Assembly (NCBI GenBank): GCA_036172245.1
Contig: JAYWIR010000006.1
Coordinates: 4,030,001 to 4,094,000, forward strand
Source: Raillietiella orientalis
Taxonomy: Eukaryota
DNA length: 64,000 bases
Direction: 5' to 3'
Within the stretch, counting starts at the first letter, position 1, and each line of letters begins with the position of its first letter. Shown here one piece after another: positions 34,601 through 45,761 of this stretch. Below the pieces are notes generated by a model. The model had not been told where the DNA came from and did no database searches. It was given only the letters and a program-made list of their open reading frames with translations. Both the position numbers and the translations under genes were made by a program.

Positions 34601-37600
34601 GATCGCAGAGATAGCGGAGTTGGAGACATTCCCGCTTGCCGGATGCGAGCGCAGCCCAAACTGCAGGTCGGGTCTCTTCCCCGCGTGCGCCTCCGCGGGG
34701 GGCGAGTTGGTGCGCGCACCCACTTGCCCCGTGCGGAGGGGCCGCCTCTGGTCGCGAGGCCCCTCTCGGCGACCTGCTCGCCATTTTCCCCTCTTCCCTC
34801 CCAGTCTCTCTACGCACGCGTTCTCGTCCAGCGCGGCGGTTTCCATAGATATCCGCCTCCATCTTCTTCCGCCTCCCTCGTCAGCCACAACCCCTCTTTG
34901 CGAAATCTGCCCTTTTCTCCTGTCGTGGCCGGGATAGCGGGCAGCATCCGCGTTGGCGCTGCATGCCAGTAAGTCTCCTAGGCGGGGGGAAGAGGAATCA
35001 TCGCCGAAAGTTCCCGGGGGCGAGTGGAAGGGAGGGGAACGACTGCGGGAAAACTTGTCCCAGGCGCGAGGTGTGGCGCCGTCCCCGGTTTCACTTTGGG
35101 GGGGTTCCCTTGGCAACGGCGGACTGTCCGAGCTCGACTTGTCTCGAAGCGCAGGGCGATTTGCTGGGATGGCGGCAGCGGCACCTGTGCTGCCGGTCCC
35201 GCAAGTGTGCGCAGACGGAATTGACCCTTGGCATTCTTGGATTTTGACCAGCGTATCCGCACGCGGGCGCACCGACCGTGCGCGTCTCTGTCGCCACCGT
35301 TTCATAATCCAGGACGCACTCCTGGGCTCCGGGATTCCTGGGATAGGAGTCACTGCTATCACCACCGCCTATCCACTTATTCCGTGTCGCTTCCGGGCTA
35401 CCACGTCTTGCCGTGCGCCCTCCCCTCCCTCCTCCCAGATGCTGCCCAACCGCCTCTTCATTTCTGCAGAAGGCCTGCGTTCCGAAAGGGAATGAATACG
35501 GGGCAGGGCCGTGGGGTCGGTAACGCGCTAATGCTCTACCAAGAAGACGGGCGGCCCGTTCCAAAGTCACCTGCAGCCAGGCCGTCGCCCCGGAGCCTCT
35601 GCCTTACGCGACGATCGCAGCCCGGTGTACACCCTTGGATGCCGCTTTCCTTTTCCGCGCGTCGGACGGAACCGTCCTCGTTTCCACACCTACCGGGGCC
35701 TTCGCTACCGCACGCGCGTCACGGGATCGTAACCAAAGCAGCCCCGATCTCTCCCACGCGCGTGCCCTCCTCCCCACTTCGAGGCGCAAGCCTTGACTGA
35801 CGCACAACTTCAGCGACCTGGTCCTCCCTGCCTTGCTGCTAGTGTTTTTTTTCGTTGCAGCCACCACAAGAAGCAGCAGCAGCAGGTGCAGATCACGCTC
35901 ATCCGCCTCCTGGCGCAGCCGTTCAGCCGACTCGTAACTCTGCAGCCGAAATTCCAAGGTTGGTATTTACAAAAAAATAAAAATCAGATAAGCAGTAGCG
36001 CATTGGATAGTGTGTGCGAACGCGCGTGCGTTCGTGTCTTTTTGTGCCGACAGCATCCCGCCTCCCCAGGCCTCCGAAAGTGCCTCCTCTTTGAGTTTTT
36101 GGTCCCTTTCCGTTCTTTGAATCCGCCGCCATCTTGCGGCAGGGCGTTTGGCGTTTCGTCCTCCCCGCATGTGCCGGGGCGCGCTTCCTCGGCGCCGCCG
36201 CCGCCGCCGAGGAGACTTCCATTGTTGCGCGGCGACGTTGCCAAGGTACGCGCTTCGTTCGACCCCGGTGCTTCTCGTGGCCAAGGAACGCAGCGAGTGG
36301 CAAAGCAAGGGATTCCCGGTGGGTGCCTCTCCGTGGTGGCAGCAGGTGCACGTCCCCCACGCAGCCTAGGGATTAGTAGGAGGGGGCCGGAGGAAACTCA
36401 GAGGGGCAGGCAGGCGAGCTGGAAACAAAGGCCGACAAGTGCGCGGGGGATCGTTTCCTGCCTCGGGGCGTGCATGCTGGCGAGGGCGGCGGTAGCGATG
36501 ACACGACCCCGTCCCGCGGATGAAGCGCAGCTTCGGGGGAAGAGGGCGGGGAGAGGGAGAAGCGACGGAAAAGAGAAAACAGACCGTCGCCGCATCGGAG
36601 TCCGCCGGGGCAGTGAAAAGCGTGCGCCCTTTCTCCAGCTCGCGCGCTCTCCTCGCCCGAACCGGACGCGCGAGGGGACAGCTTAGCCGATGCGGAATGC
36701 AGGGAAAGAGAGGGACGCTCCTGTTCCTTCGTCGGAGCGATGTCGGAGGCGGGGTGAAATAGGTGAAATACCGCAAGCTTGAGGGTTCTTGCTGCTGCTG
36801 CTGCCATTCGCTTCTTGGGGGGGGGAGAATTCCTCCTCCTCACCGCAGATGGTGAGCGTCACGGCGCATCTATTGCATTTTGCTCATCCGTTAGTGTGGA
36901 GAGGTGCTGCTGCGGAAGACTCCACTTGCGAATTCCCCTCCCATCCAAAGGGAACGCGCAACTGGTTCTTTGCGTCTTCCCCGCGTCCTTGGCGAGGACG
37001 AGGAAAACCTGCGCGCAGACCCGCCTCCTCCCCACCCGTCCGTTGGTGCTCGGATTCGTTACTTATCCGCCGCCGCCGTGGCTCGGTGACAACAAAGCGG
37101 CCATCCGTGCGGGTGGGCTCGCGTCGTTTGAGAAGAGACGCCGGAAGCTTCGAGGCCGGCCCAGGCCTGTTGTTGCTGGTTGCTCCCGAGCAGCAGGACG
37201 TTCTGCGCGCACCCATTCTCTGCCGATTCTTGGAACTCCCGCTTTGACCTCAGGAAGCGGCGTCGACTCGCTTGCAACCGGGGTGGTCGGAGGCAAAGAT
37301 ACGGTTCGCAATGTAGCCACCCACCGCAACCATTTTGCAGCACCAGGATTTCTCCCTTCTTCCTGCGAGCTTCCCGCCAGCATCGGCGCGCGCGCGAGCA
37401 TGCGGTTCGTCACTTTCCGCTGACCTCAGCGACCTTTGATCAGCCGGCAGGACAAAGTATGCGCTTGCCGCCGCCGGCTGCCAGGGCACGCTGCCTGCGT
37501 AACCAGGCGCCACTTTGGTCTCTCGCCGTCGCCTGCGAGCGGGTCAGTTCCGCGGGTCATCTCCGTCTCCCTGCCTCTCTTCCTATCCGGCTGCACGTCA

Positions 37601-40600
37601 CGAGGCTGAGCGGCTGCTGCTGTACCGCTATTATGGAGCCTGTGCCTTCCCAGAACCTAGAATTCTTCCAACAAGGGAGCCCGTCGGCGGGAACTGGTCA
37701 AGCAGGCTGGTTCGGCCACCGGCTGACTGTCGGCAGCAGGGGGCTGCAGGAAGAGAAGCCGTTTGCACACACGCTGATCTGTGCCTCTTTGGACACGGGA
37801 AGTGTGGTCGCGCGGCGCCGTCCACGATTCGTTTCGATCGGTGCCGCCGATGTCCCTTCCGATGTGGTCGCCTCACCCGCGTCCTCCGCGCCCGCTCCTC
37901 GCACGGATGATGGGGCGAAGACGTTTCCGCTCATGCGCGGCGCCCACCCACCCTCCGTCCGAGCCCATTCACAGGACCGCGCGAACGCCCCCGGCCGCTC
38001 CGGAAGACGGTACGGAGGACCGGGAAGGGGGTTTGGGGAACCTCAGATTCTTCGGAATCGATGGTGCTACGCATTGGTCCCGTCGTTGCCCCCCCCCCCT
38101 GCCCACGTGCCCGGTCGGAACCAGAGTGACCCCCTTTATTGCGACCACCTGTGCCCTCCGGGGGGGGGGGCAGCTTCCACGCCATGGATGGTAGTTATGC
38201 CTTTTCTTTCCATGGTATTCGGCAGTTCTCGCGAGGATCCCATAATTTGTGGGATCTGCGAGTGCGACAGCTGGCCTCGAAGGACGACTGGCGAGTGTTC
38301 CTTCCGGTGGCACCGAGATTGTTTGTTTCTTCGGGTCACTTGTAACGCCTCGAACGGGAAGAAGGGAAGACAAAAGAGAGAGAAGGAAAAAGTACGGAAA
38401 AGTGCATTCTCGCGGCCATCGGTACGCGATATTCCTCCGACGCCGATCCCGTCTTTCCGTTCTGCCACCAAGCGGGTCCACCGAACCGCTTCCAACCTTC
38501 GCCTCACGCGAAGGTTGGAAGCGGATTCAAAAGGTGAAGCCCAGTCGTCGTTACCGGAACGCGCGGGCGTGTTTCCTTTTCCGGGTCTTCGCTGCCGCCC
38601 AGCGGTGTTCTACCTCCCCCCACTCGTGACGATGCCTCGTCCTGCTCTCTCGCAGCCTCCGCTGCCGACAGTCAGCCGGCAGCCGAACCAGCTTGCTTGA
38701 CCAGTTCCCACTGACGGGCTCCCTTGTTGGGAGAATTCTAGGTTCTGGGAAGGCACAGGCTCAAAGGCAGCACTACCTATCCCACAGCGCGCATCCGTAC
38801 GCATCCCGGATGATTTCTTTGGGTGCTGGGAGGTGGGGAGGAAGAAGAAGAAGAAGAGGAAAAAAAGCAAAACGAAAAGGAAAGGAAGGCAAAACGGAGA
38901 GTCGTGCCGCAGGACAAAAATGGCTTCGGGTTTGTCCATCAAACGACTTTTCTTTCGAAGGTTCGATGCGTGATAAAAATCTCCTTTGCCAGGCAACATG
39001 CTTTTTCCCTGTCTTGGGCTCGCGGCGCCGCAGGCGGAGAAGTGGGGTGGGGGCGGAAGGCAGTCGACCTGCTGGATGGATGGGGCGTGGAGCGACAAGA
39101 GGAGTGGCGACATCCGCGCGCGCCAGGAGACACAACAGCTCGTTCGATGGGGAGGGGGAGGGGGATGCCAAGATGGACGGACGCTGCTGCCACCCCGACC
39201 AGAGAGAATGGTGCAGCGAGGAAGGGGAAACCTTCGGGGACTCCTGACTGGGAAGATTGGCAGTCTTTCCCATTCGGCATTGTGGAACCATCCGAGTTCA
39301 TCGCGTGGTGGCACCTTCGCTGACAGGACGCGCGCTCTACGGAGGCGTTCCCGAGGAAACAAGGAGGGATGGGTGGTCCCTCATGTCCTGGGTGCCGTTC
39401 TGTTTGGGAGGGCGCAGCACACGCTGGAGGCCTCCTGGAGCGTCGAAAGGACTTGGCAAGGGCCGGCAGGGCGGAGACCCGCCTTCGTCTCACTACCCGG
39501 AGCACGCGGACCTTGCTTCCTCCTCGGTTCCTCTGTGGAATCTGACCGTTCCCAAGCGGAGAAATGCCCCATTGGCGCAGCGGCGCGGGCGCCGCCGCCG
39601 GTTCTACGACCGCCTTCCCCGCTCCCACGGCGTGTCTTCCCTTGCCAGGCGATCTCCGCCAAGGTCATAGCGGGTTTCCCGGCATTTCTCTTCGCGGCGA
39701 CGCGCGGAATGCCCGGTGACGTCACTCGCCGCATCCTTCGTCGCGGGCGCTGCCGCACCATCCGTGCGCGGCGCTGCGTCGCCTCCCGGTCGCCGCGGAG
39801 CGGGAAGACCTCCGCCAGCTCGGCGCTCTGGCGCGTGTCCTCTGGCGGGACTCCCTCCATCCCCACTGCCTTCGCCGCGAGCAGACCGCGCTGCTCTCCG
39901 CCGGCGAGGGCGAGGTGCGCATTGACGTGCGATGCAGAGGTTGCAGAGGCACTCTTTGGCAGAGCGCGCACTCTGCCTGCCTGACCCGCGCCCCTCACTG
40001 CGTTGAGGGAGCAAGAGGGACTCCCTCGCACTGCAAGGGCAGGGGAGTGGCAGGCGGAGCTCGGGAAAGCAGGAAGCCCCCAGGGCCACCTCAACAACCT
40101 CCGCGGAATTCGCCAGCTGGCACGGGTCGTAGGCCTCCGTGACGATGGATGGACCGCGCTAGCGAGCGGCTTTCTTTGACTGTTGCTGCGGCCCTCCAGG
40201 TTGGTGCGTTGCAGCAGCCTCCGAGCCCCGTCGTGTCGGCACTACGATGCTGGTTTGCTGGATTCCGGCGCCATCTGCAGCCCTTTTTTCCGCGTGCGCG
40301 CAGGCCTGGAATCTTTCCGCGTTCTCCGGAGCGGCGGTTCGTTCGTTCGCGCCACGGGTGGCCTGTGGTCACTGCACCAAGGAAGAGTTGGCAGCGGCGT
40401 GCAGAGCGAAACGGACAAGCAGAATCGCCACTCTAATCCTCCATGGACCTTGACATGAGTTGCAGGGGGGGGCTCAGTCCAAGGTCGTCGTTCCACAGAG
40501 TTCCCGAAACCATCCCGCGCGTTCCCTGATCGAACCTTTCAGAATCTCCTCCCACAACTCCTGTGACGCAGGAGCCAACCGCGTCTTCGCACCCTCCTCT

Positions 40601-43600
40601 CAGGCAGGTGCAGTGCCCCACCCACCCAGCGATCCAATTCGCTCTCCCCCTCTTGCGCTGTTCTTTCCTCCTTCCCACTCCACTTGCCTCTGTTGCCTCC
40701 TCCATGTGGGGGCGCTTCGGACGTTGACGTCACGCTCGGGGGGGAACACGGCGCGAACCGCCATCGTTTCGTCCCGGGTCAGTCGTCCACGTTGCTTACC
40801 GTGATTGCGTCTTGCAGATTCTACTTCCCGTTCGGCCGCCCACAAGCTGCCGACGCGGCGGTGCAGTCCAGGGTTGTCGACCTGTTCCGACAGTTTCCCG
40901 ACTCCTGTTTGCCGCAGGACCACTGCGGGAGCTTAGCAAAGGCAAGAACCTGCCCCATTACCCCCCATCTTTAGATTCGTGTTCCGTCCACTCTCTTCCC
41001 CCACCCCTGTAAACCACCCCAACTCTCTTTCTCCGCGACGCCTTTCGTGGCCCCCTCTCCATCCGTCCATTCTGTCCTTAGGCATGTGGGTTCCCCCTTT
41101 ACTGGAAAAGACCGCTGTTCTTGGCAGCTCAAGAAGACCACCGTGAGGTTCTGGAATTGAATGCCTTCCGGGAGTTTTTGGAAAGGTAAGGCGCCGTTTT
41201 TGTTCTTGGTTTCTTCATGCCCTCCTTCCTGTTACACTCCTCTCTTCGTTGAGCCACTTACCCCGGGCTCGTACGAGTGCTCCTTACCGCGGTCGGTTGG
41301 ACCGTTTTTCATTCTCTCCTCCTGAGGTGGTTGAGGAGGTGGCCGTGGCGCACTTACGTCGTGCGGAAAAGGGGAGAGCTGCAGGCAGACGCTTCCCTAC
41401 TGCCGGCCGTTTCGTTCTCCTTACTGGCTCCTCCCCCCCCGCACTGGACGTCCTCCCAGAGGTGGTATGCCAGTCTTTGGCCACCGGTCGGTGGTGGCGG
41501 TGGTGGTCTTCCCAGCGTGGAATGAACTTTGGACGAACTCCTTCCATGGCGTGGCATATCCCTACGTGCTTACTCTCACCGAATGCGTGCGCTACTGCTG
41601 CCGCCGTCGCAGTTCCGGGCGCATGCCACGAAAGGAGGAAGCGGAGTTTCGCTCTGCGGATCTCTTCAGGCTCCGGTCTTGCTCGCGTCCATTTGCAGCA
41701 GCAGCAGCAGCAAAAGGGCTCGGCTCTCATCCTCCATGGCTATGGCCCTCCCTGCACACACTGCGAACTTCTGGCGGCGTTTCTCCCGGTCCGGCGGAAA
41801 GGGCCTCGGTCGAGACCGAACGCGCCCTTGACCTTCGCGCGAAGCGGAGAAGCCTCGCGAGTAGAGGAAGCCTCCCTGAAGCCTTTCCCCCGTGGCCCCT
41901 CCCGTCTCATCCCGGACCACGACACCGGCGATGCCTCACATCTCCGCGTGCTCACCCTTTCCACCGCCAAGGAGCTGGGGAAGGGCCAGTTACCCCACCC
42001 CTTTGCCGCCGCGGACCGGAACGAAAACCAGAGACCTCCGCCTCCTACTTTTTCTCCCGCTGCGACCTCATTGTCCTTGACCTTGGTCCCACGAGACTGT
42101 GGCATCGGATGGTCTTTTTCATACGCTCGTCCTGGGATGGGAGCTCAGATGGGCACGTGAAGCCATCGTAAGCGAGAGGGGCGTGTGTATTCCTGCCTAA
42201 AAAGGGTAGGTAGGAGGGCGCTCGCATCGACGAAGGCGCTGTTTGATGCGAGCGGGCTGCCCGGCGCGTTCTTCGATGCGAGCGCCGGGCTGCGGCGGCG
42301 AAGCTCCACGAAAGCAGCACCTTCCGCGCGACCTGTGACGAGCCGGGCAACAGCAGCGGGATAGTGGGTGTTTCGAACCGCGCGGGCGGCAATTCGTTTT
42401 GCGCGCAGGACCGGACGTCGCCGTTTCCACCCGGAAGCGACGTGCTCTCCGTTGATCGGAGGACGCGATCAGCTTCCGTTCTCTTTGAAGAGTTGTCCGT
42501 GTGCAACGGAAACCGCTCCAAGAGTGGTGGACAGTGGCGCGTGAGACCTCGGCCCGTGTGTTGGTGATGCTGCGGTGGGGCGGGAGCGACGGTAACCACG
42601 TTCTCTCGAGTTTCGGACGCTGTTTGCTCTGTGGGAGCAGAGGAAGAGGAGCAGAAAAGCATACTGCAGAGAAGGGCAGGGTAGGGTCCGAAAAGGAAGA
42701 GGAGGAGGTGCGAGGGGAGCATTCGTTTGCGGTTGGTTCTGCAGAGGGGAAAGACATGGGGGGGGGGGGGCTGATGACTTAAGGTTCTCGTCCGTCGCGG
42801 AGGATTGCGGAGTGCTCCATTGGGGATGCTCCGTTCGGCGGCACCGAGAACCAGGAGAGAGAAGCACATCCCGGTGGGATGTGTCCGCCGCCGCCTGTCG
42901 CTTCCGCCCTTCGAGAGCTCCTTTGCGCGGGGGGGAGGGGGTGCCAGAGTCCACTTCGGAAGAGTCGCGTTCTGCCCGTCTCCATGAATGCACGTGCAGC
43001 GAGTGCGTTTTTACGTTCGCCGTTCAGTGTCGCCTCTTCCGGGAATGGTGGTGGGCCGTCCTTCGAGCACTCCCGATGCAGGCTCGAGGGTCTTGCCGGC
43101 GCTCGGCTGTTCGCCGCCTCGTGCAGGATACCGCAACGCACACGTCAACGCACCTTCGTCTCACCAGTGTGTTGGGTCAGCTGATGCGCACCCCTTCTGA
43201 CTCCCTCGGGTAGGAAAGAAAAAAAAAAGAATGGCCCGTGGTAAAAACTCGCAGGTGTGGACCGGACAGAAAGCTGCAGGAGTGCATCTGCACCTAGCGC
43301 GCGAAACAGCGAGTACACGCCGCGCCAGCGGGCTGGCGCCATCTAGGCAGAGCAGCGAGAGTGCGCGCCTCTGCCAGCAGGAGGCGACGAGATGGCTCCA
43401 GCCCGCTGGCGCGGCGTGTACTCGCTGTTGCGCCAGTGATCGCCGCCGAAAAGCTGCTCGTGTCGGAGGAAAATCGCTCCGCGGTCACCCCGTGATGACC
43501 GACTGCCCTGCCTCGATAATACTCAGAAAAAGTCGCTGTGCAAATGTCTCTGTTGTCGCTGTGATGATGAGCGCACGTCATTGCAGAGCTCGCGATCTGC

Positions 43601-45761
43601 GAGGAGCCAACGCAGCGTTTGTGTTGCATCATGTTCGTGGGCTGGGAGAGGGGAGGGAGTGGAAAGGAGTGCTCGTCTTTCCCCCCGACTGGAGAGCGCA
43701 TCTGGATCTGAACGAACTAGACCTCGGGTGTTCGGACACCACTCGTCTTGCACTCTTGGTCCATTCCCTCTGAACCGTTCCGGACCGCACTCCCCGCGCT
43801 GAGCTTCCTGTTGGCGTTGTGGGCGTTCCCGTACCCGCATTCCCACCGCGCACGCGTCTTAGCAGGTCACCGTGGTCACGCGTCGCGTGCAAACAAGGTA
43901 CAGCGGACTTTCCAAGCGTGCGCGCAGGCACACGCGATGTCCTGCACCTGCGTGTGCCCGCCGCGCTCGCCCCGGGGTTTTCGCTGTCGGACCTCGGCAG
44001 TGTGCGCAGCTCCTATCCGAGGCCGGGCGCCACCGACCGCTGCCCGCATTTCCCACTATCTAGAACACGGAAGCCCCGCGACCGGTGCCTTTCCGCACGA
44101 CCTCTTGACCTGCTGCGATGCGGGCTAGCGCCGCGCAAGAGGGAGCGGAAGCGATCATGGAACAGCTGGTTTCTGCTGCCGCCATCCCTCAGCTGCTTTC
44201 TCCCACCCCAGTCCTCTGTCACTCCGCTACCACGTGGTGCTTGCACGGGTCCTCTCGGGCCACCCATACCGTAGTGTAGCATCACTCCGTTGCTGCTCTG
44301 CTGCTGCGGGATTATTCTGGAAGGAGTGGAATGCGGCCGCCGCCCACCTCGTACTGCTTGCTTCTGCCACCGCCACTCAGTGCCTCCCTGCCAATTTCTT
44401 CACTGCCTGCTGCTCTTTTTGTTTCTGGTGCAACTGGGCGGAAGTTGCGTGGTCGCGTGCTGAGCGTTGCGGGCATGCGGTCGTCTCTTGGAGACTGGGG
44501 GGAGGGGGAGAAGGACCTTGGGCGTATCCACCCCGCTCTCTCTCCCGAACCCCTAGGCTCTTATCCACCAACCACGACGCAGCGTCGCAGCTGGTTGCCA
44601 TCCTGACGAAAGGGCGGAGAAACTACTTGATCCCAGAGGACTTTCACCCTCTTATCCAGGACGTCATCGACACCCACCCGGGGCTCATGTTCCTGAGGGA
44701 AGCCAGCGAGTTCCACTCCCGCTACATCCACACAGTGAGTGCCGCGCGACCGTTCCCAGAGGTACACCCTTCCCCACGCCCCTTTTCCCAACAGGTCACG
44801 GCCCGCATCTTCTACTGCGTGAACCGCTCGTGGTCCGGCATCGTGAGCCTGGCGGAGCTGCGGCGCTCCGACCTGCTGGCCACGATCGAGCAGCTGGAGC
44901 AGGAAGAGGACATCAACCAGATCCACCGCTATTTCTCCTACGAGCATTTCTACGTCATCTACTGCAAGTTCTGGGAGCTGGACATGGACCACGACATGTT
45001 CCTGGACAAAAACGACTTGGCCAGATACAACGATTTTGGTGAGGAGGGGAGGAAGGACAGCGTGCGGGGAGGGGAGCATTCTGCAGCGCAGGGCACCACC
45101 TATCTCTTTCTCCCTCTCTCCCCCTCTTCGCAGCGCTGTCGCAGAAGATCGTGGACCGAATCTTCTCCGGCGCGGTGATGCGCACCTCGAAGAACGGGCG
45201 GATGGCGTACGGCGACTTCATGTGGTTCCTGCTCTCCGCTGAGGACAAGCGCAACCCCACCGCCATCGAGTACTGGTTCCGCTGCATGGATCTGGACGGC
45301 GACGGCTTTCTGAGGCCCTTCGAGCTGCAGCACTTCTACGAGGAGCAGACGCAGCGCCTAGAAGCCATGGGTGTCGATGCCCTCCCCTTCCCGGACTGTC
45401 TCCGCCAGATACTGGACATGGTAGCCCCTTCCCTGCCTGGCTGCATCTCCCTGCGGGACCTGAAGAGGTGCAAGATGGCGCCTGTGTTCTTCGACACCTT
45501 CCTGGACCTGGAAAAGTACCTGGAGAACGAGCAGCGCGACCCATTCGTCTCGCAAAGAGACCCCGACGCGGAAACGCCGGAGGTAGTTCTCTCCTCCACC
45601 GCTTCCTCGCCCCGCGGCCCACCTCGCGTTATGGCGCCGAGAGCAGCATATCCAACGGCACCCTCTCTTTCCAGGTGTCCGATTGGGACCGCTACGCGGC
45701 CAGCGAGTACGAGGCACTCGTGGCGGACGAGATCAGCGGCGAGCAGCAGAGCCATTTGTAA
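16045..45761 (+). CDS. PPP2R3B: Ser/Thr protein phosphatase 2A regulatory subunit B'' (PR72/PR70 family), short-N-terminus isoform, ~516 aa
   Basis: Exons 16045-16156, 16212-16366, 35861-35958, 40818-40941, 41082-41185, 44557-44734, 44795-45038, 45134-45582 and 45675-45761 join in phase (1551 nt). The N-terminus MALRPNIDLKSRELFMRWFS resembles PR70 (LKMKVDELFLYWLS). Core motifs: EIPR|FYFPFGRP, ACGFPLYWK, YLIPEDFHPLIQDVIDTHPGL, EFHSRYIHTV..RIFY.VNRSWSG, YFSYEHFYVIYCKFWELD, EF-hands DMDHDMFLDKND and DLDGDGFLRPFE, IEYWFRCMD, SDWDRYAASEY. Co-ortholog of PPP2R3A/B. The join of exons 1-2 to the core and the 3' end are inferred. Confidence 0.88.
23527..23548. repeat. (CTG)7 microsatellite
   Basis: ctgctgctgctgctgctgctgc read directly. 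Confidence 0.85.
24821..24843. repeat. Alternating purine-pyrimidine tract including (GC)9
   Basis: gtgtgcgcgcgcgcgcgcgcgca read directly. Confidence 0.85.
27304..29457 (+). CDS. Large alternative N-terminal exon of PP2A B'' (PR130-like long isoform), mostly disordered
   Basis: The frame is open from the TGA at 27301-27303 to 29937, with the first ATG at 27463. A strong donor GAG|GTGAGT after 29457 is in phase 0, matching exon 35861. Helix-like islands (IEQLISDHAEVLYQSW, GDPDLEDKLKELVHSF, SQLELTEASFLEALRL, RPFLTLGSVAERVSIFERCP) sit among acidic and poly-Ser tracts. The 5' boundary is uncertain. Confidence 0.75.
28195..28260 (+). repeat. (TCN)n trinucleotide tract encoding poly-serine in the long PP2A B'' exon
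   Basis: tcgtcatcgtcatcgtcgtcgtcgtcgtcttcgtcgtcc..., in frame as SSSSSSSSSSSSSCSTSSSSSS. Confidence 0.85.
35861..45761 (+). CDS. PP2A B'' common core exons (A-subunit binding and EF-hand region)
   Basis: Seven exons with canonical polypyrimidine acceptors. Third codon positions are very G/C-rich in 44557-45761. The B'' family motifs listed above are unmistakable. Confidence 0.95.
37636..38762. repeat. Inverted repeat pair, 102-bp arms (37636-37737 and 38661-38762), ~920 bp spacer
   Basis: The left arm gagcctgtgccttcccagaacctagaattc..ctgactgtcggcagc matches the reverse complement of the right arm at 96/102 positions by hand alignment. Confidence 0.92.
43305..43429. repeat. Near-perfect inverted repeat, 40-bp arms (43305-43344 and 43390-43429), 45-nt loop
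   Basis: aacagcgagtacacgccgcgccagcgggctggcgccatct matches the reverse complement of the right arm at 39/40 positions. Confidence 0.92.

Noticed and set aside
37180..38700. 506-aa plus-strand ORF
   Set aside because: It runs through both arms of the inverted repeat, has no domain and lies in an intron of the same-strand gene. It is probably a GC-driven chance ORF.
40543..40603. Alternative exon (SPPTTPVTQEPTASSHPPLR) with AG|GCAGGT donor feeding FYFP
   Set aside because: It needs a second GC donor, while exon 35861-35958 supplies the family-typical EIPR with a canonical GT donor.
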